NCBI GenBank assembly: GCA_938017895.1
Contig: CALIJI010000010.1
Coordinates: forward strand, 15,045 to 79,044
Source of the DNA: an uncultured bacterium
GTDB lineage: Bacteria; Patescibacteriota; Saccharimonadia; Saccharimonadales; Saccharimonadaceae
Direction of reading: 5' to 3'
DNA length: 64,000 nt
Below, piece by piece: positions 9,365 to 18,001 of the stretch; positions within the stretch are counted from its first letter, which is position 1; each line of letters starts with the position of its first letter. The translations under genes and the position numbers were made by a program. A model generated the notes under the pieces. It was given only the letters and a program-made list of their open reading frames with translations. It had not been told where the DNA came from and did no database searches.

Positions 9365-10642
9365 TTAAGTAAGTTTTTCAAACATATCAATTTCACCAAG
9401 CTTTTTAGAGTTAGCTTTTCGCTTTTGAATTAACTCATTAAAATCAGGGTAATCCTCATCTTCAAATGTTATACCATTCTGTTCAAAAAATATTTTCTTC
9501 TTCTGAAAACCCTGTGATTCTAAAATCTTTTCTCGCCATTCATCATCAGCCAAAATTGTCGGTTCTAATAAAACTCTGCTCGCTTCAAAATCTCTTTTCA
9601 ACTGGTCAAAATCAAGCATAAGATTCTTAAATTTATCATCTTTCAAATATTTTTTATTTTCATAATCATAATGCGGAGTACTTAGAACCAGTGACCCAAT
9701 TTTGCGCAAAAAGTTCTTCTGGGTTGGATTTTGGTGATAGCGATATTCAAAATAGCCATCATTACGATCACTAATTCCCCGCCCAAAAGCGTCTTCGTCA
9801 TCATACCAAACCGGAACTGTGCCGTGCTGGCGTTTACCGTCCAAGTTTTTCTTTGTTGAAGTTTCACTATCCCAAAAGTAAATTCCGTTTATTTTTCTAA
9901 CTTCAGGTAAAGCCTGTTCAAGCAAGTATATTGAAGTTCCAAGCGTTGCACCGCTAAAACCAGTTTCATCAATCACTGTTAAAACTTCGCCCTCAACCGA
10001 TATTGGCGAATCCATAATTTTCACAAAAATATTATCACCGCGAAAATCTATATTTACATCATCAGAAATAAAGTTAGCTCTAATTCGCGCTAAGATTTCA
10101 GTTTTATCTGATTCGGACAGTTGCTGAAAATTATTTATAAAATCAGCCGTACTAGCAAGCTTATTCCGCATCCCCTTTTCATTATCAATATAACCCCTAG
10201 AAATAGGCACGCCAATTGCAGAAAAAATATCATTTCGGTCAATATTTAAGAATTTTGATTTGGGACGCCGAGAACCCGACTTAGAGAAATTTTTCCAGAA
10301 TTTTTTAGTCAAAGCTTCAAGTGGCCTTGCAGATTTATCAAGATATATAGCCGTGTCAGTTTTATCGCCAACCGAGCCATCTAGCTGGTGGATCATTTCT
10401 GCTGTATTTCTAAGATAGCGAGACGCAATCATATCCATCGAAACAGGATCACCATCTGCATCCAACTGTTTTGAAATAATTTTATAATTATTGCGATCTA
10501 CTGCATATATATCTAGAGGGCTGAGTAGCCCTTCTTTAATCTGATTTTTGCGTCGCTCAATTAGTTTCTCTTCATGATCAGAATATCCTGAATCCATAGA
10601 CTCTTCATTTAGAGAATTATAATTTTTTCGTTTATTTTCCAT
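9365..10642 (-). CDS. Hypothetical protein, first gene of the apparent ftsEX operon
   Basis: 425-aa ORF ending 19 nt before ftsE. Weak PRTase-like stretch (VLTVIDETGFSGATLG). Function unknown. Confidence 0.5.
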   Translation of the reverse strand: MENKRKNYNSLNEESMDSGYSDHEEKLIERRKNQIKEGLLSPLDIYAVDRNNYKIISKQLDADGDPVSMDMIASRYLRNTAEMIHQLDGSVGDKTDTAIYLDKSARPLEALTKKFWKNFSKSGSRRPKSKFLNIDRNDIFSAIGVPISRGYIDNEKGMRNKLASTADFINNFQQLSESDKTEILARIRANFISDDVNIDFRGDNIFVKIMDSPISVEGEVLTVIDETGFSGATLGTSIYLLEQALPEVRKINGIYFWDSETSTKKNLDGKRQHGTVPVWYDDEDAFGRGISDRNDGYFEYRYHQNPTQKNFLRKIGSLVLSTPHYDYENKKYLKDDKFKNLMLDFDQLKRDFEASRVLLEPTILADDEWREKILESQGFQKKKIFFEQNGITFEDEDYPDFNELIQKRKANSKKLGEIDMFEKLT

Positions 10643-10669
10643 TTTTTATTTTTCTAAATTAATATCTTG

Positions 10670-10698
10670 ATTGTATCATAAAAACATCAATATGTCAA
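10670..10698 (-). promoter_or_regulatory. Sigma70-like promoter TTGACA-17-TACAAT for the 9365-10642/ftsEX operon
   Basis: Perfect -35 with a 17-bp spacer, about 28 nt upstream of the ATG. Confidence 0.5.
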
Positions 10699-10754
10699 TA
10701 AAGGTTATCTTAATCTATTTAAGTAACCTAAAATATTAATTTATTAACTAGCAA

Positions 10755-11831
10755 TCAATTTTTAGAATTCTCTAAAAAAGCATAAATGAACCCATCAATT
10801 TCGCCATTCAGTACTTTTTCAACATCTTTTTCTTCGTATTTAGTTCGTGTATCTTTAACTAGTTTATAAGGATTTAAAACATAATTTCTAATTTGCGAGC
10901 CCCAATCCGCCGATTTACCAGCCTGAAGTTCACTCAAATCAGCAGCTCTCTGCTCAATTTTCATCTGAAGAAGCTTTCCACGCAAAATATTCATTGCCGT
11001 TTCTTTATTTTGAGTTTGCGAACGCTCATTTTGAATAGCCACTACAGTCCCAGTCGGAATATGCGTAATTCGAACGGCTGAATCAGTTGTATTAACACCC
11101 TGACCACCCTTTCCACTAGATCGATAAACGTCAACTCGCAAATCTTTTTCTTCAATCTTAACGTCTTCTGGTGTTGCAATTTTTGGCAAAACTTCAACCA
11201 AAGCAAAAGAAGTTTCTCGGCTGCCGCCGCTATTAAATGGTGAAATTCGCACTAGACGATGAACGCCATTTTCGCTACGCAATTTACCATAAGCATTCAA
11301 CCCACCAACTTCAAAAACACTAGTTTTAATTCCAGCTTCTTCTCCGATGGATCGTTCTATCTGTTCAGTCTTAAAACCATTTTTTTCTGCCCAACGCAAA
11401 TACATTCGTTCAAGCATTTCCGCAAAATCCTGCGCATCAGTTCCACCGACACCAGAAGTTATACGAACAATTGCGTCGCCCGAATCAAATTCCCCATCAA
11501 AAAGCAGATCTTTTTTTAATTTGTCAAGCTCGACTTCGAAAGCATCAATCTGCTCAGAAAACTCATCTTCTAGATCTTCGCTAATCTCCATTAATTCCAA
11601 AATATCCTCAACTTGCGCTCGTAGAATATTCCAAGGATCAATTTTTTTCTTAAGACTAGCTAAACTGCGAATTTTAGTTTGCGCATTTTGCGGATTATTC
11701 CAAATCTCTGGCTGGGATATTTCAGCTTCAAGTATTTCAACTTCACTTGAAATTTCAGAAAAATTAAGCTTCAAATCGGCCTTAACGATTTCAGCTAAGA
11801 TTTGTTGGGCACGAATTTGAAGCTTTTCCAT
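10755..11831 (-). CDS. prfB: Peptide chain release factor 2
   Basis: GGQ motif and the RF2-specific SPF motif. The reading frame is contiguous with no programmed frameshift. Confidence 0.9.
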   Translation of the reverse strand: MEKLQIRAQQILAEIVKADLKLNFSEISSEVEILEAEISQPEIWNNPQNAQTKIRSLASLKKKIDPWNILRAQVEDILELMEISEDLEDEFSEQIDAFEVELDKLKKDLLFDGEFDSGDAIVRITSGVGGTDAQDFAEMLERMYLRWAEKNGFKTEQIERSIGEEAGIKTSVFEVGGLNAYGKLRSENGVHRLVRISPFNSGGSRETSFALVEVLPKIATPEDVKIEEKDLRVDVYRSSGKGGQGVNTTDSAVRITHIPTGTVVAIQNERSQTQNKETAMNILRGKLLQMKIEQRAADLSELQAGKSADWGSQIRNYVLNPYKLVKDTRTKYEEKDVEKVLNGEIDGFIYAFLENSKN

Positions 11832-11834
11832 AAA

Positions 11835-12221
11835 TTATTTTTTAGCTAGATGATCCTCACCAAGGAACTTTGTAACTGCGATAATAATAAAGTATACTAC
11901 TGCCGCAATAATTAAAAAGTTTACAAGATCATTTAAGAATACACCATATTTAATAGATGTAATCCCCTTATTAGTAGGAATATTAAATACTAGTCCCTTT
12001 AGACCATCAGTTGAACCTAACAATATGCCAAGCGGAGGCATAATTACGTTATCGATAAGCGATTTAACTAAAGTCGCTGCCGCAGTACCTATAATCAAAC
12101 CGGTAGCCATGCCGATCAAACCTTGGCTTTTTATAAATTCTTTAAACCCCTCTAGCTGTTCTTTCAAAGCGTCTGGGGTTGGATTTTTAATTACTCTCTT
12201 GGTTACTTTTTTCTCTGTCAT
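11835..12221 (-). CDS. mscL: Large-conductance mechanosensitive channel
   Basis: FKEFIKSQGLIGMATGLIIGTA..VIMPPLG, the MscL TM1 signature. Confidence 0.8.
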   Translation of the reverse strand: MTEKKVTKRVIKNPTPDALKEQLEGFKEFIKSQGLIGMATGLIIGTAAATLVKSLIDNVIMPPLGILLGSTDGLKGLVFNIPTNKGITSIKYGVFLNDLVNFLIIAAVVYFIIIAVTKFLGEDHLAKK

Positions 12222-12261
12222 AATGCCTAAATTATATCACGAGTAAGTTTTTTATTCAATA

Positions 12262-12289
12262 AAAACTCCACTCATTTAAGTGGAGTTTT
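12262..12289 (-). terminator. Intrinsic terminator after the ABC permease gene
   Basis: 10-bp stem AAAACTCCAC/GTGGAGTTTT followed by a U-run. Confidence 0.55.
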
Positions 12290-12297
12290 ATTATTCG

Positions 12298-13611
12298 TTA
12301 TTCAGTTCGAAGTGCCTCTATAGGGTTCATCTTTGCAGCTTTTCGTGCCGGTAAATACCCAGAGACTACAGCCACAACCATTAAGCATAATACCATGACT
12401 GCACTTGCAACCCAATCCATTTGAAGTAGACTCACATCTGATTTAATCGAAAATATTCCAGAGTTACTCATTAAAGGATTCAATATTGAGCTAAACACTC
12501 CAGCAATTATCACCCCAATCGTTCCACCCAAAAAACCAATCCATGCAGCTTCATAACGAAACATTTTTGAAATATCGCTCTTTTTAGCTCCGAGGGATTT
12601 CATTAGACCAATTTGCGAAGTTCGCTCAAGTACGCTTATATACTGCGTATTAATTATCCCAAAAACACTTGCCAGAATTGCTAGTGCGCCAAACCCTGCT
12701 AATCCGGCTGCAGCAACATTAATTGCAGATTGAACTGTCTTATAACTATCGGCAAAACTTGAAACTTCAAATCGTTCGATATCAGCTTTTCTAATTTCTT
12801 CGGCGACTTGTTGAGGGGTAAACCCATTTTTTACGCTCACATTAATTCCGCCAAAATAATTAGCTCTTTCGGCGTTAGTTTTTTTAGAAATTTGCAACCC
12901 ATCACTATTTGAAATTCGGAAAGCATTAGGGTAGGAAAACTCCATCTCAGTCTTTCCATTATCTACCGCCACAATCTCAAAAGTCTCTTCAATAATCTCG
13001 CCAGCTGAATTCTTAATTTCAAAAATTACTTTCTTACCGATTAAATCTTGCTCTTTCATTTTGACCGCCTTCGCAAAACTCTTAGGAGCAATAGCTTTTC
13101 CTGCAGGGATTTCAAATTTATCATTTAGCTTACCGGCCGAAAACTCAACCTGTTTAGAATCATTTTTAGTAACTGCACCCACAACAATCTTTTGTCCACC
13201 ATCTAGCCGAGCTGTCTCGACATTTATATTTACAAATGGGCTTATTTTATCAACACCTTTAACTTTTTGTATTTTTTGAATATCCGATTGTTTTAACGCA
13301 TATTTCTCGAATCCACTAAGTGTAGCTTTTTCTTTTTCGCCGCTAGAGGCTTCACCTTCGCTGTTCTGAGCTTTGAGTTCATACGGATCAGACTCTTTTT
13401 CCGATTTAATTTTTCGCGTTATACTAATAGAATTTTTGTCGCCAATTTTATTAGCTAAATCAGAAACATAAGCGTTCCCGCCTTTTCCAGCAGCAAGAGC
13501 TAGTGAAATTGTTGTCGCCCCAACTGCAATAGCTAGAGATGTTAGAATTGTTCGCAATTTAGATTTAGAAAGATTCTTACTCGCTCGCTTTACTATATCA
13601 ACCCTACGCAT
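12298..13611 (-). CDS. ABC transporter permease, MacB/FtsX-like
   Basis: N-terminal TM helix, a large periplasmic domain, and a C-terminal FtsX-type three-TM bundle. Confidence 0.75.
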   Translation of the reverse strand: MRRVDIVKRASKNLSKSKLRTILTSLAIAVGATTISLALAAGKGGNAYVSDLANKIGDKNSISITRKIKSEKESDPYELKAQNSEGEASSGEKEKATLSGFEKYALKQSDIQKIQKVKGVDKISPFVNINVETARLDGGQKIVVGAVTKNDSKQVEFSAGKLNDKFEIPAGKAIAPKSFAKAVKMKEQDLIGKKVIFEIKNSAGEIIEETFEIVAVDNGKTEMEFSYPNAFRISNSDGLQISKKTNAERANYFGGINVSVKNGFTPQQVAEEIRKADIERFEVSSFADSYKTVQSAINVAAAGLAGFGALAILASVFGIINTQYISVLERTSQIGLMKSLGAKKSDISKMFRYEAAWIGFLGGTIGVIIAGVFSSILNPLMSNSGIFSIKSDVSLLQMDWVASAVMVLCLMVVAVVSGYLPARKAAKMNPIEALRTE

Positions 13612-14302
13612 TTTTTACTCCTCTCGTATCTTTAATTGATTCGATCTCGCCATCTTTGACCCTAATTTGAATCTCACATTTTGCAGCTAGATCTTCATCA
13701 TGCGTCACAACAACTAAAGTAGCGCCATTATTTTTATTATAATCAAATAGCAATTTTTCAATTTTTGCGCCAGTTACAGAATCTAGATTACCTGTTGGCT
13801 CGTCGGCAAAAATTAACTTAGGCTCATTCACGATTGCTCGAGCAATAGCTAATCTTTGTTTTTGACCGCCAGAAAGATCTCGCGCTTTAGATTTTTTCTT
13901 ATCAAGAAGCTCAACTTTCTTCAAAGCATTTTCGATTTTCTTAGCTCGACGTAAAGTTGGCACTTCTGCTATTTCTAAAGGTAAGCTCACATTTTCAACA
14001 CAAGTTTCATTTCCTTGAACAAAGAAGCTCTGAAAAATAAATCCCATTTTTTGCGCACGAAATTTATCAATCTTCTTTTGCTTCATAGATAGAATATCAA
14101 TCCCGTCTATAAAAACATGACCTTTTTCAGGAGCATCGAGCCCACTCATTGCATGAATTAGGGTCGATTTTCCGCTTCCGGATTTACCAATAATAGCCAC
14201 GCTAGCGCCATCAGGAATCTCAAAACTTACATTTTTTAAAGCTCGAAATTTATTTTTCTTATTACCAAAAGTTTTTGATATATTCTCCACATTAATCTTC
14301 AT
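13604..14302 (-). CDS. ABC transporter ATP-binding protein (MacB/LolD-like)
   Basis: GKSGSGKST, LSGGQKQRLAIARA and IFADEPTGNLD motifs. Confidence 0.85.
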   Translation of the reverse strand: MKINVENISKTFGNKKNKFRALKNVSFEIPDGASVAIIGKSGSGKSTLIHAMSGLDAPEKGHVFIDGIDILSMKQKKIDKFRAQKMGFIFQSFFVQGNETCVENVSLPLEIAEVPTLRRAKKIENALKKVELLDKKKSKARDLSGGQKQRLAIARAIVNEPKLIFADEPTGNLDSVTGAKIEKLLFDYNKNNGATLVVVTHDEDLAAKCEIQIRVKDGEIESIKDTRGVKNA

Positions 14303-15701
14303 AAAATTGCTCCAAATCTTTTGCTTCTGTAAATTGATTATTTATATCATAGAAATAAACTTTAAAGTTTTTAATCTTACCGCTTCCTCTAACTGCAAAG
14401 TCAGAACCGGCTCGGCTCGAAAGCGTCGCTTCAAGTTTGTCTTGATCTTTTTGCGTTTGATAGCGGAAAGTCTCATTGGTGGTTATTTTCGAAAGTTCTG
14501 GACCATAGATCCTAATAAATTCATTAGATCCGCCATAGAAATATCTTCTATCATTGCCAGAAATCGTTAACTTGTTATCTCTAAAATTAAATCTTAGTTT
14601 TTTTGATAAATTCTGGTTTAAAGCTTTATATTCACCAATCTCAATTTTACGTTCATCGCTCACAATATACTCTACACGAATACCAACTTTTGAGCTAACC
14701 TCCTCAATCTTAGAAAGATCATCTTTGTTAATTGAAGCTTGCGAGACAATCGCACTAGATTCAATTTTCTGCGACAAACGATTAATACCATCGCTCGCGA
14801 CCGTGAAAATTCCTATTCCACTAGTAATACCTAGTGCTAAGCTCATCATTACTGCAATAAAATGATTGCGTGTAAATTTAGCCAAAAAACTTGCATGCGC
14901 CAGAATCGACCAAAATATAATGAATACCACACCTGCAAAATTACCCAAAATCATGATTAGGAGCTTAGAATTTTCGCTCATACCCCTCATAGTATCATTC
15001 CTGAAAGCTTCTTGAAGCCCAAAGTCGCCCATGATTATAGCAATTAATCCACAAAATGCTATAAGAGTAAAAATTACCCCGAGAATTTTTAAACCAATCC
15101 TTCTAGCTGAATGCTCTTTCCTATTAGCCTTTTCGAAATTAAACTCATCATTAATTTGTGAAATAGCACTCGCCGAAATCTCCTGACCGCGTGACCTCAA
15201 AATATCGTTAGCATTTTTAGCAACTGGCATCGCAAAATCTAAAATTAGATAGACGATAAACATCCAGCCCATTGTTGGAAAAATCAACAAAATCATCAAA
15301 ATACGAATTATCGTCACATCGATTTCAAAATACTCGGCAAGTCCAGCCGCCACACCATCAATCTGCGCATTTTCTCGAATACGATATAGTTTTTTGGCTT
15401 TAAGCCTTTCAAAATAGCTACGATTATCGTTGTCGATAGTATCTTCATCACCTTCACCTTCAAAAACTTCCGGCTCACCAATTTGAGTGCGAATTTTTTC
15501 GACATCTTCTTTAGTGATTACGCCATTTGCCCCCACGCCAATATCTGATAGAATTTCAGTGATTCGAATTTCAACATCCGCAAAAATTGAATCATCAGCA
15601 ATTTTTCGAAGAGCGTTTAAATATTTTTCAATATCTTTTTTGGCATCATTCTCAATTTCGTAAGGTATTTTCGCCAAATGAATCCGTGTAATTTCCTTCA
15701 T
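14292..15701 (-). CDS. PspC-domain membrane protein (LiaF-like stress module component)
   Basis: PspC motif KLYRIRENAQIDGVAAGLAEYFEIDVTIIRI, then multiple TM helices and a C-terminal beta-rich domain. Confidence 0.6.
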   Translation of the reverse strand: MKEITRIHLAKIPYEIENDAKKDIEKYLNALRKIADDSIFADVEIRITEILSDIGVGANGVITKEDVEKIRTQIGEPEVFEGEGDEDTIDNDNRSYFERLKAKKLYRIRENAQIDGVAAGLAEYFEIDVTIIRILMILLIFPTMGWMFIVYLILDFAMPVAKNANDILRSRGQEISASAISQINDEFNFEKANRKEHSARRIGLKILGVIFTLIAFCGLIAIIMGDFGLQEAFRNDTMRGMSENSKLLIMILGNFAGVVFIIFWSILAHASFLAKFTRNHFIAVMMSLALGITSGIGIFTVASDGINRLSQKIESSAIVSQASINKDDLSKIEEVSSKVGIRVEYIVSDERKIEIGEYKALNQNLSKKLRFNFRDNKLTISGNDRRYFYGGSNEFIRIYGPELSKITTNETFRYQTQKDQDKLEATLSSRAGSDFAVRGSGKIKNFKVYFYDINNQFTEAKDLEQFYED

Positions 15702-15710
15702 ATTTCCTCT

Positions 15711-16052
15711 TTAAAGTTTATCAATCGTTGCGCTTAAATTATTAATTTCTTTCTCCACCACCTGCGCAACACCTTTACCAAAATCGGTAATTTTATAATA
15801 TTTTCGTGGTGGGCCTTGCTCACTTTCCTGCCATTCATGCGACAGTAATCCTTCTTTTTGAAGTCGACTCAGTAGCGGGTAAATTGTTCCTTCCACAACT
15901 ACCAGCTTCGCTTCTCGAAGTTCTTTGATAATATCGCTCGTATAGACAGGTTTTTTAGAGCAAACTTTTAGCACGCAAAAAGCAATAAAGCCTTTTCGCA
16001 TCTGTGTAGACATCTGCGAAGCGTATTTTTCAATTTGTTCTTGCTCCGTCAT
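15711..16052 (-). CDS. PadR-family transcriptional regulator
   Basis: Winged HTH with the signature GY.I...L......G..Y..L..L...G. Confidence 0.75.
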   Translation of the reverse strand: MTEQEQIEKYASQMSTQMRKGFIAFCVLKVCSKKPVYTSDIIKELREAKLVVVEGTIYPLLSRLQKEGLLSHEWQESEQGPPRKYYKITDFGKGVAQVVEKEINNLSATIDKL

Positions 16053-16058
16053 AGTTCT

Positions 16059-16087
16059 ATGTTATACCAAGTAGCTGGCATTGTCAA
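16059..16087 (-). promoter_or_regulatory. Promoter TTGACA-17-TAACAT for the padR-like operon, leaderless
   Basis: Perfect -35. The ATG is 6-8 nt downstream of the -10 with no SD. Confidence 0.45.
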
Positions 16088-16104
16088 GACTTTTTTATTT
16101 TTCT

Positions 16105-16141
16105 GCAAAAATAAAATAACTTCCGGCCTTTCGAAAGTTAT
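16105..16141 (-). terminator. Intrinsic terminator after murD
   Basis: 7-bp stem ATAACTT/AAGTTAT with a U-run on the minus strand. Confidence 0.5.
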
Positions 16142-16153
16142 TTTATGCTCATT

Positions 16154-17485
16154 CTACAGTTCACCCACCGCTTTAATAAATTGCTCTCCCCGATCAACAT
16201 AGCTCTTAAACATATCAAAACTAGCGTGCGCTGGGCTCAAAATAACCACATCTCCAGATTGAGCATCAGCAAAAGCAGTTTTAACAACCTGTTGCATGGT
16301 CGTATTTAAGCCAAGATTTTTAATGCGGGTGAAGTTCTTATCTTTGAGCTTTAAATTTAATTTTTCGGCTTCTTTACCGATTAAAATTACTTCACGAAGT
16401 TCGTCAATCGATGATTCTGATATTCGCGAAATTAACTCACTTAAATCCGCTCCCTTGTCACTACCGCCCAAAATCAGCACCTTAGGCTCAGCGAAGGCAT
16501 TCATCGCCGCAATTGCACTACCTGGTGTAGTAGCAATGCTATCATCGTAAAATTTGATTCCGTTAATCTCACGAACAAATTTCAAACGATGCGGCAGACC
16601 CTCAAATTTAGACAATCCTTCTCGCCAGGCATTAGTAATCTCTCGTAAATCCTTCCCACAATCCGCAAGAAAATCAAAAGTCGCTATCATAGCCGCTAAA
16701 GCATTTTTTTGATTATGCTCACCTGCTAATTTGAGAATGCTAGTTTCAAAAAGCCTCTTCTTGCCCCAATAAAAATATCCTTCTTGAATGTGAGCAAGTT
16801 TTTTGTTCGGAAAATTTTGGAGCGTTCCACATAACTGATTCTTAGAGTTTTCCACAGCCTTTTCCACAACTTGATTTTCTGAATTATAGATAAAAAAATC
16901 ATTTTTAGTTTGTTTTAAGGCAACATTCATTTTAGCTGCAACATAATCATCAAAACCGTCATGAACATCCAAGTGGTCTGGCTCGATATTATTCAGAATC
17001 GCTACAAATGGTGATTTCTGCGCATCCCAAAGCTGAAAACTACTGAGTTCATACACCACCGCGTCATTAGGCGATATTTCATCAATCTTATCAAGCGCCG
17101 GAACACCAATATTGCCAAGGAGGTGTGTTTTTACGCCAGCAGATTTTAGAATTTCCGCCACAAAACTAGCTGTCGTTCCCTTACCCTTTGAGCCAGTCAC
17201 GCCAATAATCTTTACTGGACAATTCTCAAAGAATAAATTTGTTACACTAGTAATTTTCGAAGAAGAAAGCCTGTGTGGATTTACGGCTGGTGTGCGAACA
17301 ATTAAATCAGCTTCTACCTCCGAAAAGTCTTTTACGCCCAAAAAAATTTTAGCGTTTCGTGGCACTTCTATTTTACTTTCCGCCCGCTGATCGTAAATTT
17401 CAAATTCTGCATCTTTATATTTTTTAGCCAAAAAATTCATCGCACTTTGCGTCTCTAAACCAAATCCGAGTAAAGCAATCTTCAT
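16154..17485 (-). CDS. murD: UDP-N-acetylmuramoylalanine--D-glutamate ligase
   Basis: Mur ligase P-loop GVTGSKGKGTT and an MurD-like domain order. Confidence 0.85.
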   Translation of the reverse strand: MKIALLGFGLETQSAMNFLAKKYKDAEFEIYDQRAESKIEVPRNAKIFLGVKDFSEVEADLIVRTPAVNPHRLSSSKITSVTNLFFENCPVKIIGVTGSKGKGTTASFVAEILKSAGVKTHLLGNIGVPALDKIDEISPNDAVVYELSSFQLWDAQKSPFVAILNNIEPDHLDVHDGFDDYVAAKMNVALKQTKNDFFIYNSENQVVEKAVENSKNQLCGTLQNFPNKKLAHIQEGYFYWGKKRLFETSILKLAGEHNQKNALAAMIATFDFLADCGKDLREITNAWREGLSKFEGLPHRLKFVREINGIKFYDDSIATTPGSAIAAMNAFAEPKVLILGGSDKGADLSELISRISESSIDELREVILIGKEAEKLNLKLKDKNFTRIKNLGLNTTMQQVVKTAFADAQSGDVVILSPAHASFDMFKSYVDRGEQFIKAVGEL

Positions 17486-17547
17486 ATTTTCTCCTTTTCT
17501 TTAATTTTATCATTTTGCGTTTTTTTTAGCAAACTAACCTCACACAC

Positions 17548-17576
17548 TTGACTTTTTAGAAAAAACGTGTTAAAAT
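17548..17576 (+). promoter_or_regulatory. Strong promoter TTGACT-17-TGtTAAAAT (extended -10) for the plus-strand gene at 17627
   Basis: Consensus-like -35, a 17-bp spacer and a TGn extended -10. Confidence 0.55.
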
Positions 17577-17626
17577 ATAAAAGCTCGTTAAGAGTAAATT
17601 TATACAAAAAGGAGGTGCCAAAAAAT

Positions 17627-17962
17627 ATGGCACTAAAATGTTTTATGTTGTCGAATAAGACAGCAACCGAAGGTGTAGAAAATACCGAAAATTTAAAGAC
17701 AGTGTTTATGTCGCATATACCAGATAGCCAGGTGGATGCAACAAAAATAATCACCACCTTCATCAAACAAAATGTTAATGAAGGTGATAAGATATATTTA
17801 TTCGATAATAGTACAACGGATATTATCGAATATTCAGAGATTTTCAGGCAAGAATGCCTGAAAGCTGGCGCAAAAGAATGCACTATATCGAGATGGCAAA
17901 AAAACTTATGCACCCATGAAGAAGCCCCAGAACACGGGCAAGATATGTTCATGGAAGTGTAA
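17627..17962 (+). CDS. Hypothetical 111-aa protein (plus-strand singleton)
   Basis: Strong SD AAAGGAGGTG 7 nt before the ATG, its own promoter and a downstream intrinsic terminator. The overlapping 176-aa minus-strand ORF has an antisense-like composition. Confidence 0.55.
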   Translation: MALKCFMLSNKTATEGVENTENLKTVFMSHIPDSQVDATKIITTFIKQNVNEGDKIYLFDNSTTDIIEYSEIFRQECLKAGAKECTISRWQKNLCTHEEAPEHGQDMFMEV

Positions 17963-17970
17963 CCTACTAT

Positions 17971-17998
17971 AGCTTCACAAAAGTGAAGCTTTTTCTTT
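17971..17998 (+). terminator. Intrinsic terminator for the 17627 gene
   Basis: Stem AGCTTCAC/GTGAAGCT followed by a T-run. Confidence 0.6.
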
Positions 17999-18001
17999 TT
18001 T

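Noticed and set aside
10755-11831. Programmed frameshift in prfB
   Set aside because: The ORF is continuous from its ATG, and there is no in-frame UGA near the N-terminus.
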